A DNA stretch of 64,000 bases. It comes from Mustelus asterias (Eukaryota). Shown here piece after piece: positions 1 to 10,165 of this stretch (its first letter is position 1; each line of letters starts with the position of its first letter). The stretch spans positions 558,001-622,000 of the forward strand of contig NC_135808.1 in the NCBI RefSeq assembly GCF_964213995.1, written 5' to 3'. Under the pieces are notes generated by a model. It had not been told where the DNA came from. It saw nothing but the letters and a program-made list of their open reading frames with translations, and searched no databases. The translations under genes were made by a program, and so were the position numbers.

Positions 1-570
1 TGGAAATGAGGTTGGGCCAAGTAGATCAAGTGTCAGTGGGGGAACATTTAAGAGACCATGAAAGAAAAGGAAAATAGGCAATCCAGAGTAAAAATAATTA
101 ACTGGAGAAGAGCTGACTTCAATGGGGCAAGAACGGAGTTGGGCTGGTTACACTGGAGTGAAAGGTTGGTGGGAACATCTGCAGCTGAACAATGGGCTAC
201 CTTCAAAACAGAAAAGGTCCAGACACAGTCAAGCTATATTCCCTTAAAAGGGAAAGGTAGGGCAAACATATCGAGAACTCCCTGGAAAAGGAAGATAGAA
301 ATTAAGATCACGAAGAAAAAGTGTGTTTATGACAGGCATCAGGTATAAATACAAAAGGAATAGAGAAGGTTCAGATGGGAGGTGAAAAAGCACATTAGAG
401 AAGTGAAGAAGGATTCTGAGAAGAATGGCAGCCAAAATAAAGGGAAATCCCAAAGTCTTCGATAGGCAGACAGATAGTAAAAGAGTGGGAAAAGGAAGAA
501 TGGAATTGATGAGGGAAATATTGGAGATTTACACATGGAGGCAGGGGGCATGGCTGCAGCATTAAACATT
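1..570 (+). mobile_element. Degraded CR1-like LINE ORF2 fragment (region after the endonuclease)
   Basis: ORF 58-348 (INWRRADFNGARTEL...WATFK) resembles the CR1 ORF2 segment seen at 5894-6478; frameshifted. Confidence 0.75.
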
Positions 571-599
571 CTTCATCTTTTTAAAAATTGATTTATTAT

Positions 600-878
600 T
601 GTCACAAGTAGGTTTACATTAATGCTGCAATGAAGTTACTGTGAAAATCCCCTAGTTGCCACACTCTGGCTCCTGTTCGGGTACACCGAGGGAGAATTTA
701 GCACGGCCAATGTACCTAACCAGCATGTCTTTCAGACTGTGGGAGGAAACCGGAGCACCCGGAGGAAACCCACGCAGACACGGGAAGAACGTGCAGACTC
801 CACACAGACAGTGACCCGAGCCGGGAATCGAACCCGGGTCCCTGGCGCTGCGAGGCAGCAATGCTAACCACTGTGCCT
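600..878 (-). mobile_element. HE1-type tRNA-derived SINE. Representative of >20 copies, approx.: 3395-3720+, 4010-4295-, 6755-7012-, 10310-10610+, 15270-15560+, 16985-17310-, 18050-18300-, 26080-26393-, 28310-28618-, 33725-34052-, 35825-36020-, 51440-51775-, 55540-55813-, 56730-57032-, 58388-58730+, 58955-59210+, 60630-60885+, 63770-63995+
   Basis: Pol III A/B-box head (GGCACAGTGGTTAGCA...GGTTCGATTCCCGG) followed by the conserved core GTCACTGTCTGTGTGGAGTCTGCACGTTCT...GGGTTTCCTCCGGGTGCTCCGGTTTCCTCCCACAGTC, repeated throughout the window. Confidence 0.85.
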
Positions 879-1650
879 TATCAAGGAGGTAGATGCTATC
901 CAGGACATGGTGACAGACGAGGAAACACTGTCACTGGAAGGGTTTAAAATTGATAAGGAGAAAGTGCTGGAAGTTGACAAGGCACCGGGACTGGATGAGA
1001 TGCATCCAAGGATATTGAAGGAAGGGACAATGGAAATTGCAGGGGCGCTGGACATAATCTTCCAGTCTTGTCTAGGCTCAGGGGAGGTTCCAGAGGATTT
1101 GACAACTGTAAATGCCCTTGTTCCAAACAATGTTGTAAGGATAGTTTCAGCAATTACAGGCCAATAAGTCTACCATCACTATTGGACAAGCTGCTAGATA
1201 ATTCGGGATAGAATTTGTAGTCACACCAGCAGTAGAAAAATGTGGGTTGATTATGAAGAGCCAGCGTGGATTTATAAAAGGGAAATCATGTTTAACTTAA
1301 CTTGCTCTAGCTTTTTGAGAAGGTAACTGAAAGGGTCAATGAGGGTGATGCTGTTGATGTGGTGTACATGGACTTTCAGAAGGCATTTGATACAGTGCCA
1401 TGCAACAAACCTTTTGATTTGATTTGATTTACCAGTGATGAGGATAAATTGGAGAGGTCGGGGCTGTTCTCCTTGGAGCGAAGAAGACTGAGAGAAGATC
1501 TGTTAGAGATGTCCAAAATCATGAGGGGGCTGGACAGAGTAGGCAGAGAGAAAATGTTTCCCTTCATAAAATGTTTGAGAATGACAGGGGACAGATTTTA
1601 GGTTGTTTGCAAAAGAAGCAAATGCGATGTGAGAGAAACCTTTTTCACAC
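879..1650 (+). mobile_element. Degraded CR1-like LINE ORF2 (RT) fragment; continues at 2315-2830 after an LTR insertion
   Basis: VDKAPGLDEMHPRILKE...GEVPED and VDVVYMDFQKAFD-like motifs; C-terminal TQRVVRIWNAL...EAGSIEAFQRALD at 2616-2813. Confidence 0.85.
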
Positions 1651-2314
1651 TGAAGTCGGGAATGGGTTAATGAACTTTGTCACACTTAAGCATTAAGACC
1701 CGAACTCTGTGATTTTGTTGAGAACACTGCAGAGTTCATGTTTTTGTCAGAGTTCGGTGTTTTTCATGTCTGTACCAGATAAGAGGAACAGCTATTCTTG
1801 TTATTAAGAAATGCGATTAACCCAGCTCGAAATAAGCTAAACAGTCTCCATTTTTATGTACCTTTGTTTAACACGATGGAGTTGACATGTGTGCCTTCTG
1901 TCTTTGTATAACCATAGATTCATATATATATATTCATCATACGTTATTCATCTTATCCTGATATAAAGTATTATACAAACTTGTATGTATATTAGTTAAC
2001 TTGTTTGTGCAAAACCTGTGATGTTGTTTCAAGGATATAAATGACGAACAATCGTGGCCTTGGAGATCGAACAAACTACGCAGAGGATGATACTGCTAAT
2101 ACAACACGAATCTCACCATGAACAATGACAGACATCTTAGAGAATTGCAATGTAATGAGGGCAGGGCCCAGGACATATATAAACTCTGTTCTTACTTGTG
2201 TTCGATGAGAAGGCTGGGGGTCCACTGTTAGGAACCTCACTTCTCCCAAAATTGTGAAAATAAACCTGCATTTTGATCCACTAATAGTGTCAGAGGTTTT
2301 TTTTACCTACAACA
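1651..2314 (+). mobile_element. Solo LTR, 664 bp
   Basis: Starts TG, ends CA; 5-bp TSD CACAC at 1646-1650 and 2315-2319; splits the CR1 sequence TTTTTCACAC|AGTGAGTGGTT; internal TATA-like element (~2177) and AATAAA (~2259). Confidence 0.8.
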
Positions 2315-2660
2315 CACACAGTGAGTGGTTAGGATCTGGAATGCACTGTCTGAGAGTGTGGTTGAGACAGATTCACACAGCGAGTGGTTAGGATTGGGAA
2401 TGTGCTGTCTGAGAGTGTGATGGAGGCAGATTCACACAGCGAGTGGTTAGGATCTGGAATGCACTGTCTGAGAGTGTGGTGGAGACATTCACACAGCGAG
2501 TGGTTAGGATCTGGAATGCACTGTCTGAGAGTGTGGTGGAGACATTCACACAGCGAGTGGTTAGGATCTGGAATGCACTGTCTGAGAGTGTGATGGAGGC
2601 AGATTCACACAGCGAGTGGTTAGGATCTGGAATGCACTGTCTGAGAGTGTGGTGGAGGCA
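2315..2660 (+). repeat. Minisatellite, 6 units of 57-59 bp, derived from the CR1 ORF2 3' end
   Basis: GAGTGGTTAGGA recurs at 2323, 2382, 2441, 2498, 2555 and 2614; unit translates as TQRVVRIWNALSESVVE. Confidence 0.9.
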
Positions 2661-2994
2661 GGTTCAATTGAGGCATTCCAGAGGGCATTAGATGATTATT
2701 TAAATAGAAACAATGTACAGGGGTATGGGGGAAAAGGCAGGGGAATGGCACTAAATCATGATGTTCATTTGGAGGGCCAGTGTGGACATGGTGGGATGAG
2801 TGGGCTCCTTTAGCACTGTAACAATTCTGGAAAAAGGTAATGCATGTCCAGGTAGCCGATTTCAGTAACAGCTGTTGAGGGGAAATTGAGGGTCAGAACA
2901 CAAGGAGGAGTCCTTTACTCTTCATGGAACCATGGCTTGGGATAGTTCATCTATGGCTAAGAGTGCTCAATTTAATGTTTCATCTGAAAAAAGG

Positions 2995-3352
2995 TCATGG
3001 GATAATAGTGTTGTCACTGGATTAGTAATCCAGAGGCCCATCTTAATCCTCTGGGAGCCGGGTTCAAATCCTACCAGGGCAGATGGTGAAATTTGAATTA
3101 GTAAATAAAATCTAGAATTAAAAGTCTGGGATTTAAAGTCTAATGTTGACCGTGAAACCATTGTTAATTGTTGTCAAAACTCATCTGGCTCACTAATGCC
3201 CCTTTAAGGAAGGAAATCTGCCATCCTCACCCGGTCTGGCCTACATGTGATTCCAGACAGCAAATGCGGTTGACTCTTAAATGCGCACAGGGATGGGCAA
3301 TAAATGTTGGCCCAGCCAGTGGCGTCCATGTCTCATGGATAAATCAAAAAAA
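2995..3352 (+). mobile_element. Second tRNA-derived SINE family (further copies/fragments ~15570-16135-, 16630-16895+, 17850-18480-, 43540-43805-, 63390-63560+)
   Basis: B-box-like GGTTCAAATCC head, conserved core GGAAGGAAATCTGCC...GGTCTGGCCTACATGTGA, tail GGGATGGGCAATAAATG. Confidence 0.7.
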
Positions 3353-4439
3353 CATTCCTTTAGTACTGGAGTGGTGCCTGTGCCCACAACACCGGGGCAG
3401 CACAGTGTCACAGTGGTTGGCATTGCTGCCTCACAGCTCCAGAGACCTGGGTTCAGTTCTGACCTTGGGTCACTGTCTGTGCGGAGTTTGCACATTCTCC
3501 CCGTGTCTGCGTGGGTTTCCTCCGAGTACTCTGGTTTCCTCCCACACTCCAAAGATGTGCAGGTTAGGTTTGTTAGCCATGCTAATTGCCCCTTAGTGTC
3601 AGGAGGTTAGTAGGCTAAATAAGTAGGGCTATGGGGATAGGGTCTGGGTGGGATTGTGGTCAGTGCAGACTCGATGGACCGAATAGCCTCCTTCTGCACT
3701 GTCGGGATTCTATGGATTCTGTGAACATCTTAACTGAAGTCTTGAAGTGTCTCCACTGACCTCTAAGTTTCATAAACAGAAGCAACTTCTTTCTTGAGCA
3801 TTTCCCTGTTATTCAGAGCTCACTGTGGAGAAGTTCAAATTGTCAGGGCAGATGTATTGAGCTGCATTGTTCTGGGCTGAATGATGAATGTTAGACAGTA
3901 AATCACAATATGTTCAAAACTTGAAATTGAGAGATTTGACATTTCTAACTGGTCCACCCAAAAAACACTTAAGTTACGGGTTTTCTCTTTCCATTCAAAG
4001 TTTACTCATTAGTCACATTAGTAGGCTTACATTCACCCTGTAATGAAGTTACTGTGAAAGTCCCCTAGTTGCCACACTCCAGCACCTGTTCAGGTACAGA
4101 GGGAGAATTTTGCATTGCCGATGCATCCAAGCAGCACGTCTTAAGGACTCTGGGAGGAAACCGGAGCACCCAGAAGAAATCCATGCAGTCACAGGGAGAA
4201 CGTGCAAACTCCACACAGACAGTGACCCAAGCTGGGAATCGAACCCAGGTCCCTGGCGCTGTGAGGCAGCAGTGCTAACCACTGTGCCACCATGCCACCC
4301 CTGCCACTGTGCTGCCCTATTCTGATATGCTTAGTTTATTTTAACCAGTTAGAAAATCTGAGGATCTGAGAATCCCATTTTATAAACATATATTTTTGGA
4401 GTGAAAAACAGTAAAGATTTTTGAAGAGTGGATGAAGAT

Positions 4440-5150
4440 AACGCTTACCTGAAGATCAGAGGCTGAATGCCCGTGACTGCTGAAGTGCTCCCCCACAGGA
4501 AGAGAACAGTCTTGCCTGGTGATTGTCGAGCGATGTTCATTCATCTGTTGTCGTAGCGTCGGCATGGTTTCCCCAAGACGCTACGACAACGGATGAATGA
4601 ACACCGCTCGACAATCACCAGGCAAGACTGTTCTCTTCCTGTGGGGAAGCACTTCAGCAGTCACGGGCATTCAGCCTCTGATCTTCAGGTAAGTGTTCTC
4701 CAAGGCGGCCTTCTCGACACACGACAGTGCAGAGTCGCTGAGCAGGAACTGATAGCCAAGTTCCGCACACTTGAGGACGGCCTAAACCGGGATGTTGGAT
4801 TTATGTCACATTATCAGTAACCCCCACAGCTTGCCTCCTGGACTTGCAGGCTGTCCTGTCTGGAGACAATACACATCCCTTTAACCTGTGCTTAATGCTC
4901 CCTCCACCCACATTGTCTGTATCTTTAAGATCTGACTGGTTGTAGGGATTCACATTCTAATCAGTATTCTGTAACTTGTTTTTTGTGTCTCTGTGTCCTG
5001 TTTGAGAGCAGATTTCCACTCCATCTGACGAAGGAGCAGCGCTCCGAAAGCTAATGGTATTTGCTACCAAATAAACCTGTTGGACTTTAACCTGGTGTTG
5101 TTAAAACTCTTACTGTGTTCACCCTAGTCCAACGCCAGCATCTCCACATC
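4440..5150 (+). mobile_element. 5'-truncated Penelope-like element (C-terminal GIY-YIG region plus 3' pseudo-LTR) with an inverted 5' duplication
   Basis: ORF 4593-4820 MNEHRSTITRQDCSLPVGKHFSSHGHS...EQELIAKFRT..GLNRD is typical of the PLE GIY-YIG C-terminus; ~121-bp inverted arms 4440-4560 and 4577-4697; hammerhead in the 3' part. Confidence 0.8.
5021..5057 (+). ncRNA. Minimal type I hammerhead ribozyme in the PLE 3' repeat
   Basis: Stem I CCAT/ATGG; core CTGACGA (5025-5031); stem II GGAGC/GCTCC; GAAA (5046-5049); palindromic minimal stem III AGCT; predicted CUA cleavage triplet (5051-5053). Confidence 0.75.
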
Positions 5151-6750
5151 ACTTCTATGAGATAGCCAGTTACTTATCCAATCGGCCAAATTTCCCTCTA
5201 TCCCACACCTCCTTACTTTCTTCATGAGCCTACCATGAGGAACCTCATCAAACGCCTTACTAAAATCCATGTATATGACATCAACTGCTCTACCTTCATC
5301 TACACACTTAGTTACTTCCTCAAAGAATTCAATCAAATTTGTGAGGCAAGACTTACCCTTCACAAATCTGTGCTGACTATCACGGATTAAGCTGCATTTT
5401 TCCAAATGGTCATGAATCCTATCCCTCAGGACCTTTTCCATTAACTTACCGACCACCGAAGTAAGATTAACCAGCCTATAATTACCAGGGTCATTCCTAT
5501 TTCCTTTCTTGAACAGAGGAACAACATTCACCACTCTCCAGTCCTCTGGCACTATCCCCATGGACAGTGAGGACCCAAAGATCAAAGCCAAAGGCTCTGC
5601 AATCTCATCCCTTGCCTCCCAAAGAATCCTAGGATATATCCCATCTGGCCCAGGGGATTTATCGACCCTCAGGTTTTTCAAAATTGCTAATACACCTTCC
5701 CTCAGGACATCTACCTCCTCCAGCCTATCAGCCTGTATCCCATTCTCATCCTCAAAAACATGGTCCCTCTCCTTGGTGAACACTGAAGAAAAGTATTCAT
5801 TCATCGCCTCTCCTATCTCTTTTGACTCCATGCACAAGTTCCCACTACTATCCTTGACCGGACCTAACCTCACCCTGGTCATTCTTTTATTTCTCACATA
5901 AGAGTAAAAAGCCTTGGGGTTTTCCTTGATCCGACCCTCCAAGGACTTCTCATGCCCCTCCTAGTTCTCCTAAGCCTTTTTTCTAGCTCATTCCTTGCTA
6001 CCTTGTAACCCTCAAGTGACCCAACTGAACCTTGTTTTCTCATCCTTACATACGCTTCCTTTTTCCTCTTGACAAGACATTCAACCTCTTTGGTGAACCA
6101 TGGTTCCCTCACTCGGCCATTTCCTCCCTGCCTGACAGGGACATACCTATCAAGGACACTCAGCATTTGTTCCTTGAACAAGCTCCACTTTTCATTTGTG
6201 CCTTTTCCTGACAGTTTCTGTTCCCATCTTATGCTCCCTAATTCTTGCCTAATCACACCATAATTACCCCTCCCCCAATTATAAACCTTGCCCTGCCGTA
6301 AGGCCCTATCCCTCTCCATTGCAATAACAAAAGACACCGAATTGTGGTCACTATCTCCAAAGTGCTCTCCCACAACCAAATCTAACACTTGGCCCGGCTC
6401 ATTTCCCAGTACCAAGTCCAATGTGGCCCCACCTCTTGTCGGCCTATCCACATATTGTGTCTGGAAACCCTCCTGCACACACTGTACAAAAACTGCCCCA
6501 TCCGAACTATTTGACCTATAAAGGTTCTAATCAATGTTTGGAAAGTTAAAGTTCCCCATGACAACTACCCTGTGACCTCCACACCTATCCATAATCTGCT
6601 TAGCAATTTCTTCCTCCACATCTCTATTACTATTTGGGGGCCTATAGAAAACCCCCAACAACATGACCGCTCCTTTCCTATTTCTAACTTCAGCCCATGT
6701 TACCTCAGTCGGCAGATCCCCCTCGAACTGCCTTTCAGCAGCTGTTAAAC
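5151..6750 (-). mobile_element. CR1-like LINE ORF2 fragment (APE endonuclease to mid-RT), frameshifted
   Basis: PTRGGATLDLVLGNE..GDSDHNSV (APE); DKSPGPDGIYPRIL, GNYRLVNLTSVVGKLMEK, DVIYMDFSKAFD (RT). Confidence 0.95.
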
Positions 6751-7427
6751 TAATAGGCTTACATTAACACTGCAATGAAGTTACTGTCACCACATTCCAA
6801 CACCTGTTTGGGTACACTGAGCAAGAATTTAGCTTGGCCAAATGCACCTAACCAGCATGTCTTCCGGACTGTGGGAGGAAACTGGAGCACCCGGAGAAAA
6901 CCCACGCTGACAAGGGGAGAACGTGCAGACTCCACACAGACAGTGACAAAAGCCAGGAATTGAACCTGAGTCCCTGGCGCTGTGAGGCAGCAGTGCTAAC
7001 CACTGTGCCACCACTCCTGACTTGTGCCTTATAGATGGTGTACAGGCTTTGGGGGGGAGGGGGGGGGGAGTCAGGAGGTGAGTTACTCTGCAGGATTCTC
7101 AGCCTCAGTATATATATATATATATATATAGTTAATCCAGTCCAGTTTCTGGTCAATGAAAACCCCCAGGATGTTGACTTACCACTTTGGACCAGCGTGT
7201 TGAGGGAGAATGGTCAGCCCGTGTGGGATGGAGACAGGAGGGGAGTTGGCTGGCTGGGGGAAGGAGATGGAACCTCGAATTGTCAGGGAGGGAGGCACGC
7301 GGGCAGGGGGCGGAGTCAAGGTGGCGGCTTGATTGCGGCTGCGCGGTGGGTTGTCTCCACCGCGTCCTCTTTACACCTACATAAGGGGCCGCCGCCGCTG
7401 CTCCCGCTCATTGTTGCGCTGCCGCTG

Positions 7428-8066
7428 ATGGATGAGGCTGTTGAATTTGAGCAGGTGGGTTTGTCCATGACCACGACGGCACCGCTGCCGCCGCCCGTTA
7501 CGGACGGTGGCGCCCCCGCCCTTGTCGTTGCACCTCTCTCTGCCTCCCCCGAGCCGGGTCCCCCAGCGCCACCGCCCCCGCAGCTCTCCGCCTCTCTTCC
7601 CACGGTCGTTGCCGCCGCCAAGAAGAAAAGCACGTACCGCTCGGTGGCCGAGCACATCCTGGAGGCGGTGGCCGCCACCAAGGAGCGCCAGGCGACCCCC
7701 ACTGCTGCCAGGCGAAAGACCATCTCGGCCGCCGACTACGAGGTGGACGGCGCCCGGCCTCGCCATTCTTCGGCCGGTAAAAAGTCGTCGGCCCGAGGCG
7801 GTAAACAGGAGGAGGCCGCCAGAGGGGAGACTCAGAAGAAAGCCGCCGTCGCCAACAGGAAACGTTCTCCTAAGAAGTCGTCGTCGGCTGCCGGAGGATC
7901 GCACCGGAGTTTCAAGGTGCCGAAAGCCCTCAAAAAGTCGTCCAAACTGAGAAAAGCCCCCAAGCGGCCGGTGGAGAGGAAGCGAGTGGCGGGAAAGAGG
8001 AGAAAGAGGCACCGGCAGCAGAGAAAACATCTTAAAAAATACCCCACGATAAAAGGGCTCTTTTAA
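7428..8066 (+). CDS. Divergent histone H1-like protein 'H1a' (212 aa): acidic/Pro-rich N-terminus, truncated winged-helix, basic tail
   Basis: ATG 7428 follows a GC box (7307-7318) and TACATAA (~7378); SVAEHILEAVAATKER...ISAADYEV matches H1 helices 1-2; K/R-rich tail; GC-rich intronless ORF ending within a histone stem-loop. Confidence 0.7.
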   Translation: MDEAVEFEQVGLSMTTTAPLPPPVTDGGAPALVVAPLSASPEPGPPAPPPPQLSASLPTVVAAAKKKSTYRSVAEHILEAVAATKERQATPTAARRKTISAADYEVDGARPRHSSAGKKSSARGGKQEEAARGETQKKAAVANRKRSPKKSSSAAGGSHRSFKVPKALKKSSKLRKAPKRPVERKRVAGKRRKRHRQQRKHLKKYPTIKGLF

Positions 8067-8071
8067 GAACC
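8056..8071 (+). promoter_or_regulatory. Degenerate histone 3' stem-loop overlapping the H1a stop codon
   Basis: GGCTCT-TTTA-AGAACC (one C.A mismatch); stop TAA at 8064-8066; AATAAA at 8237-8242. Confidence 0.8.
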
Positions 8072-8759
8072 ATTCACATTTCCATAAAAGAAATAACCGA
8101 AAAAACGACCTCAATTAGAGCAGAGTTTTGTCAAATGAATTGTTATTTATGAACTTCCTGTCACTGCCATTGTGACGGAACTTAGTAAAAAAAGCATGTT
8201 TGTAATACCGATGATTTACTTTTAAATCAGTCACCGAATAAAATAAATGTCAGCTGATGCTCCTAACTGCAGATCTTGTGTTGATTTTGTTTTATTTTGA
8301 TTAACCCGGGGACTCTTACCACAGCGGGAAGTGGAGGATATGAAGACAACAGTGGGTTAAAATAAAGTTTGGTCAAAGAAGAAGCGTCTCTTTATTGCAC
8401 TGAAAACTTTATTTATAAAGAACACATTAAATTGTATAGTAGAAAAGCAAAATAAACGGCTGCGACTCAGTTTTGTTACCTATTTACACACATTTCCAGC
8501 AATCTTTGTTATAGTTACTGACAACACATAGAATTAAAAGATTTAAGAAACATCGTGTAGCGCGGCTAAAATTAAGAGCTAATGCTCCAAATTCGACGGG
8601 TTGAACCTTGTCCTGAGCCACTCTCCGAGTCTGTCTCCCTGACTCAGAGATTTCGATGAGTTTTCTGTGAACAGACCTTTCTTCCCCACGGGAAGATGTG
8701 AAAAGAGGAAACACCCTCGCCGCTCGCGCCTCGCTGCGCCTGCGCCAACCGGAATTGCC

Positions 8760-8890
8760 CTTCTGATTGGTCCAGGCCGCCGAGCGAGGGAACACCACCT
8801 GCTACCCGATTGGTCCAAAGCGCAACCTCGACCAATAAGAAAACGGCACTCCCCAATCCCTCATTAGCATAAGGCCACTATATATATGAG
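8760..8890 (+). promoter_or_regulatory. H2B-type promoter
   Basis: ATTGG boxes (~8766, ~8808), CCAAT 8832-8836, octamer variant ATTAGCAT 8863-8870, TATATATA ~8879-8887. Confidence 0.8.
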
Positions 8891-8947
8891 AGGATGCGGG
8901 AGTTTTTCAATCTGTTTTCCGCCCGAGTCGGACGAAGTGGAGTTGGA

Positions 8948-9328
8948 ATGCCTGAGCTTGCGGCTAAGGGCGGCGCGTCCCGCAAGGCGTCCAAACAGTC
9001 GCTGACCAAGGTCACCAAGAAGCCGCCCAAGAAGCGGAGGAAAGCCCGCAAGCAGAGCTACTCCACTTACGTGTACCGGGTGCTGACCCAGGTCCACCCG
9101 TCCACCCGCATCTCGTCCAAGGCCATGAACGTCATGAATTCTTTCGTGGTCGACATTTTCGAGCGCATCGCGTCTGAGGCATCGCACCTCATCCACTACA
9201 ACAAGCGGCGTACTATCTCGGCACGGGAGATCCAGAGCGCAGTCCGCCTCATGCTACCGGGCGAGTTAGCCAAACACGCCATCTCCGAGGGCACCAAGGC
9301 GGTCACCAAGTACACCAACTCCGCCTAA
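8948..9328 (+). CDS. H2B: Divergent histone H2B 'H2B-1' (126 aa)
   Basis: MPELAAK...[24 protein letters not shown]...[24 protein letters not shown]; stem-loop GGCTCT-TTTA-AGAGCC at 9387-9402. Confidence 0.95.
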   Translation: MPELAAKGGASRKASKQSLTKVTKKPPKKRRKARKQSYSTYVYRVLTQVHPSTRISSKAMNVMNSFVVDIFERIASEASHLIHYNKRRTISAREIQSAVRLMLPGELAKHAISEGTKAVTKYTNSA

Positions 9329-9529
9329 GTCGACTACACAAAGATTAAAGAGTACATATATAATACATAAAGCAAATCGACACAACGGCTCTTTTAAGAG
9401 CCACACACAAAAACAAAAGGGCTAATTTCAAAGTTTATATCGACTAGTATATACCGGAGTTTAATCAGACTGAACAAGTTGGTAATTCGAATAAATAGTT
9501 ACAAATTACAGAATGAAGTTCAATTGGCA

Positions 9530-10165
9530 AATGTAATGTCATTTATCTCAAGAGGCTTGGAATACAAAAGCAGGGATGTACTTCTGAGGCTTTATAAAGC
9601 ACTGATTAGGCCCCATTTGGAGTACTGTGAGCAATTTTGGGCCCCACACCTCAGGAAGGACATACTGGCACTGGAGCGGGTCCAGCGGAGATTCACACGG
9701 ATGATCCCAGGAATGGTAGGCCTGACATACAATGAACGTCTGAGGATCGTGGGATTATATTCATTGGAGTTTAGGAGGTTGAGGGGAGATCTGATAGAGA
9801 CTTACAAGATAATGAACGGCTTAGATAGGATGGACGTAGGGAAGTTGTTTACATTAGCAGGGGAAACTAGGACGCGGGGGCACAGCCTTAGAATAAAAGG
9901 GAGTCACTTTAGAACAGAGATGAGGAGAAATTTCTTCAGCCAGAGAGTGGTAGGTCTGTGGAATTCATTGCCACAGAGGGCTGTGGAGGCCGAGACGTTG
10001 AGCGTCTTCAAGACAGAAATTGATAAATTCTTGATTTCTCGAGGAATTAAGGGCTATGGGGAGAGAGCGGGTAAATGGAGTTGAGATCAACCATGATTGA
10101 ATGGTGGAGTGGACTCGATGGGCCAAATGGCCTTACTTCCGCTCCTATGTCTTATGGTCTTATGG
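9530..10165 (+). mobile_element. CR1-like LINE 3' end
   Basis: LYKALIRPHLEYCEQFWAP...LERVQRRFTRMIPGM...FFSQRVVGLWNSLP; TCTTATGG tail repeats. Confidence 0.95.

Noticed and set aside
652-861. Recurrent Cys-containing small ORFs (GHCLCGVCTFSPCLRGFPPGAPVSSHS) and tRNA-like heads
   Set aside because: Translations of HE1 SINE copies; the heads have A/B boxes but I could not fold a full cloverleaf, so no tRNA genes are called.
2315-2660. Regularly spaced repeats resembling a CRISPR array (also 39097-39770)
   Set aside because: No unique spacers; whole units repeat, derive from CR1, and the DNA is eukaryotic.
7035-7427. N-terminal 131 codons of the 343-aa ORF
   Set aside because: Runs through a LINE fragment, a poly-G run, a (TA)n microsatellite and the promoter (GC box, TATA-like); ATG 7428 is the plausible start.
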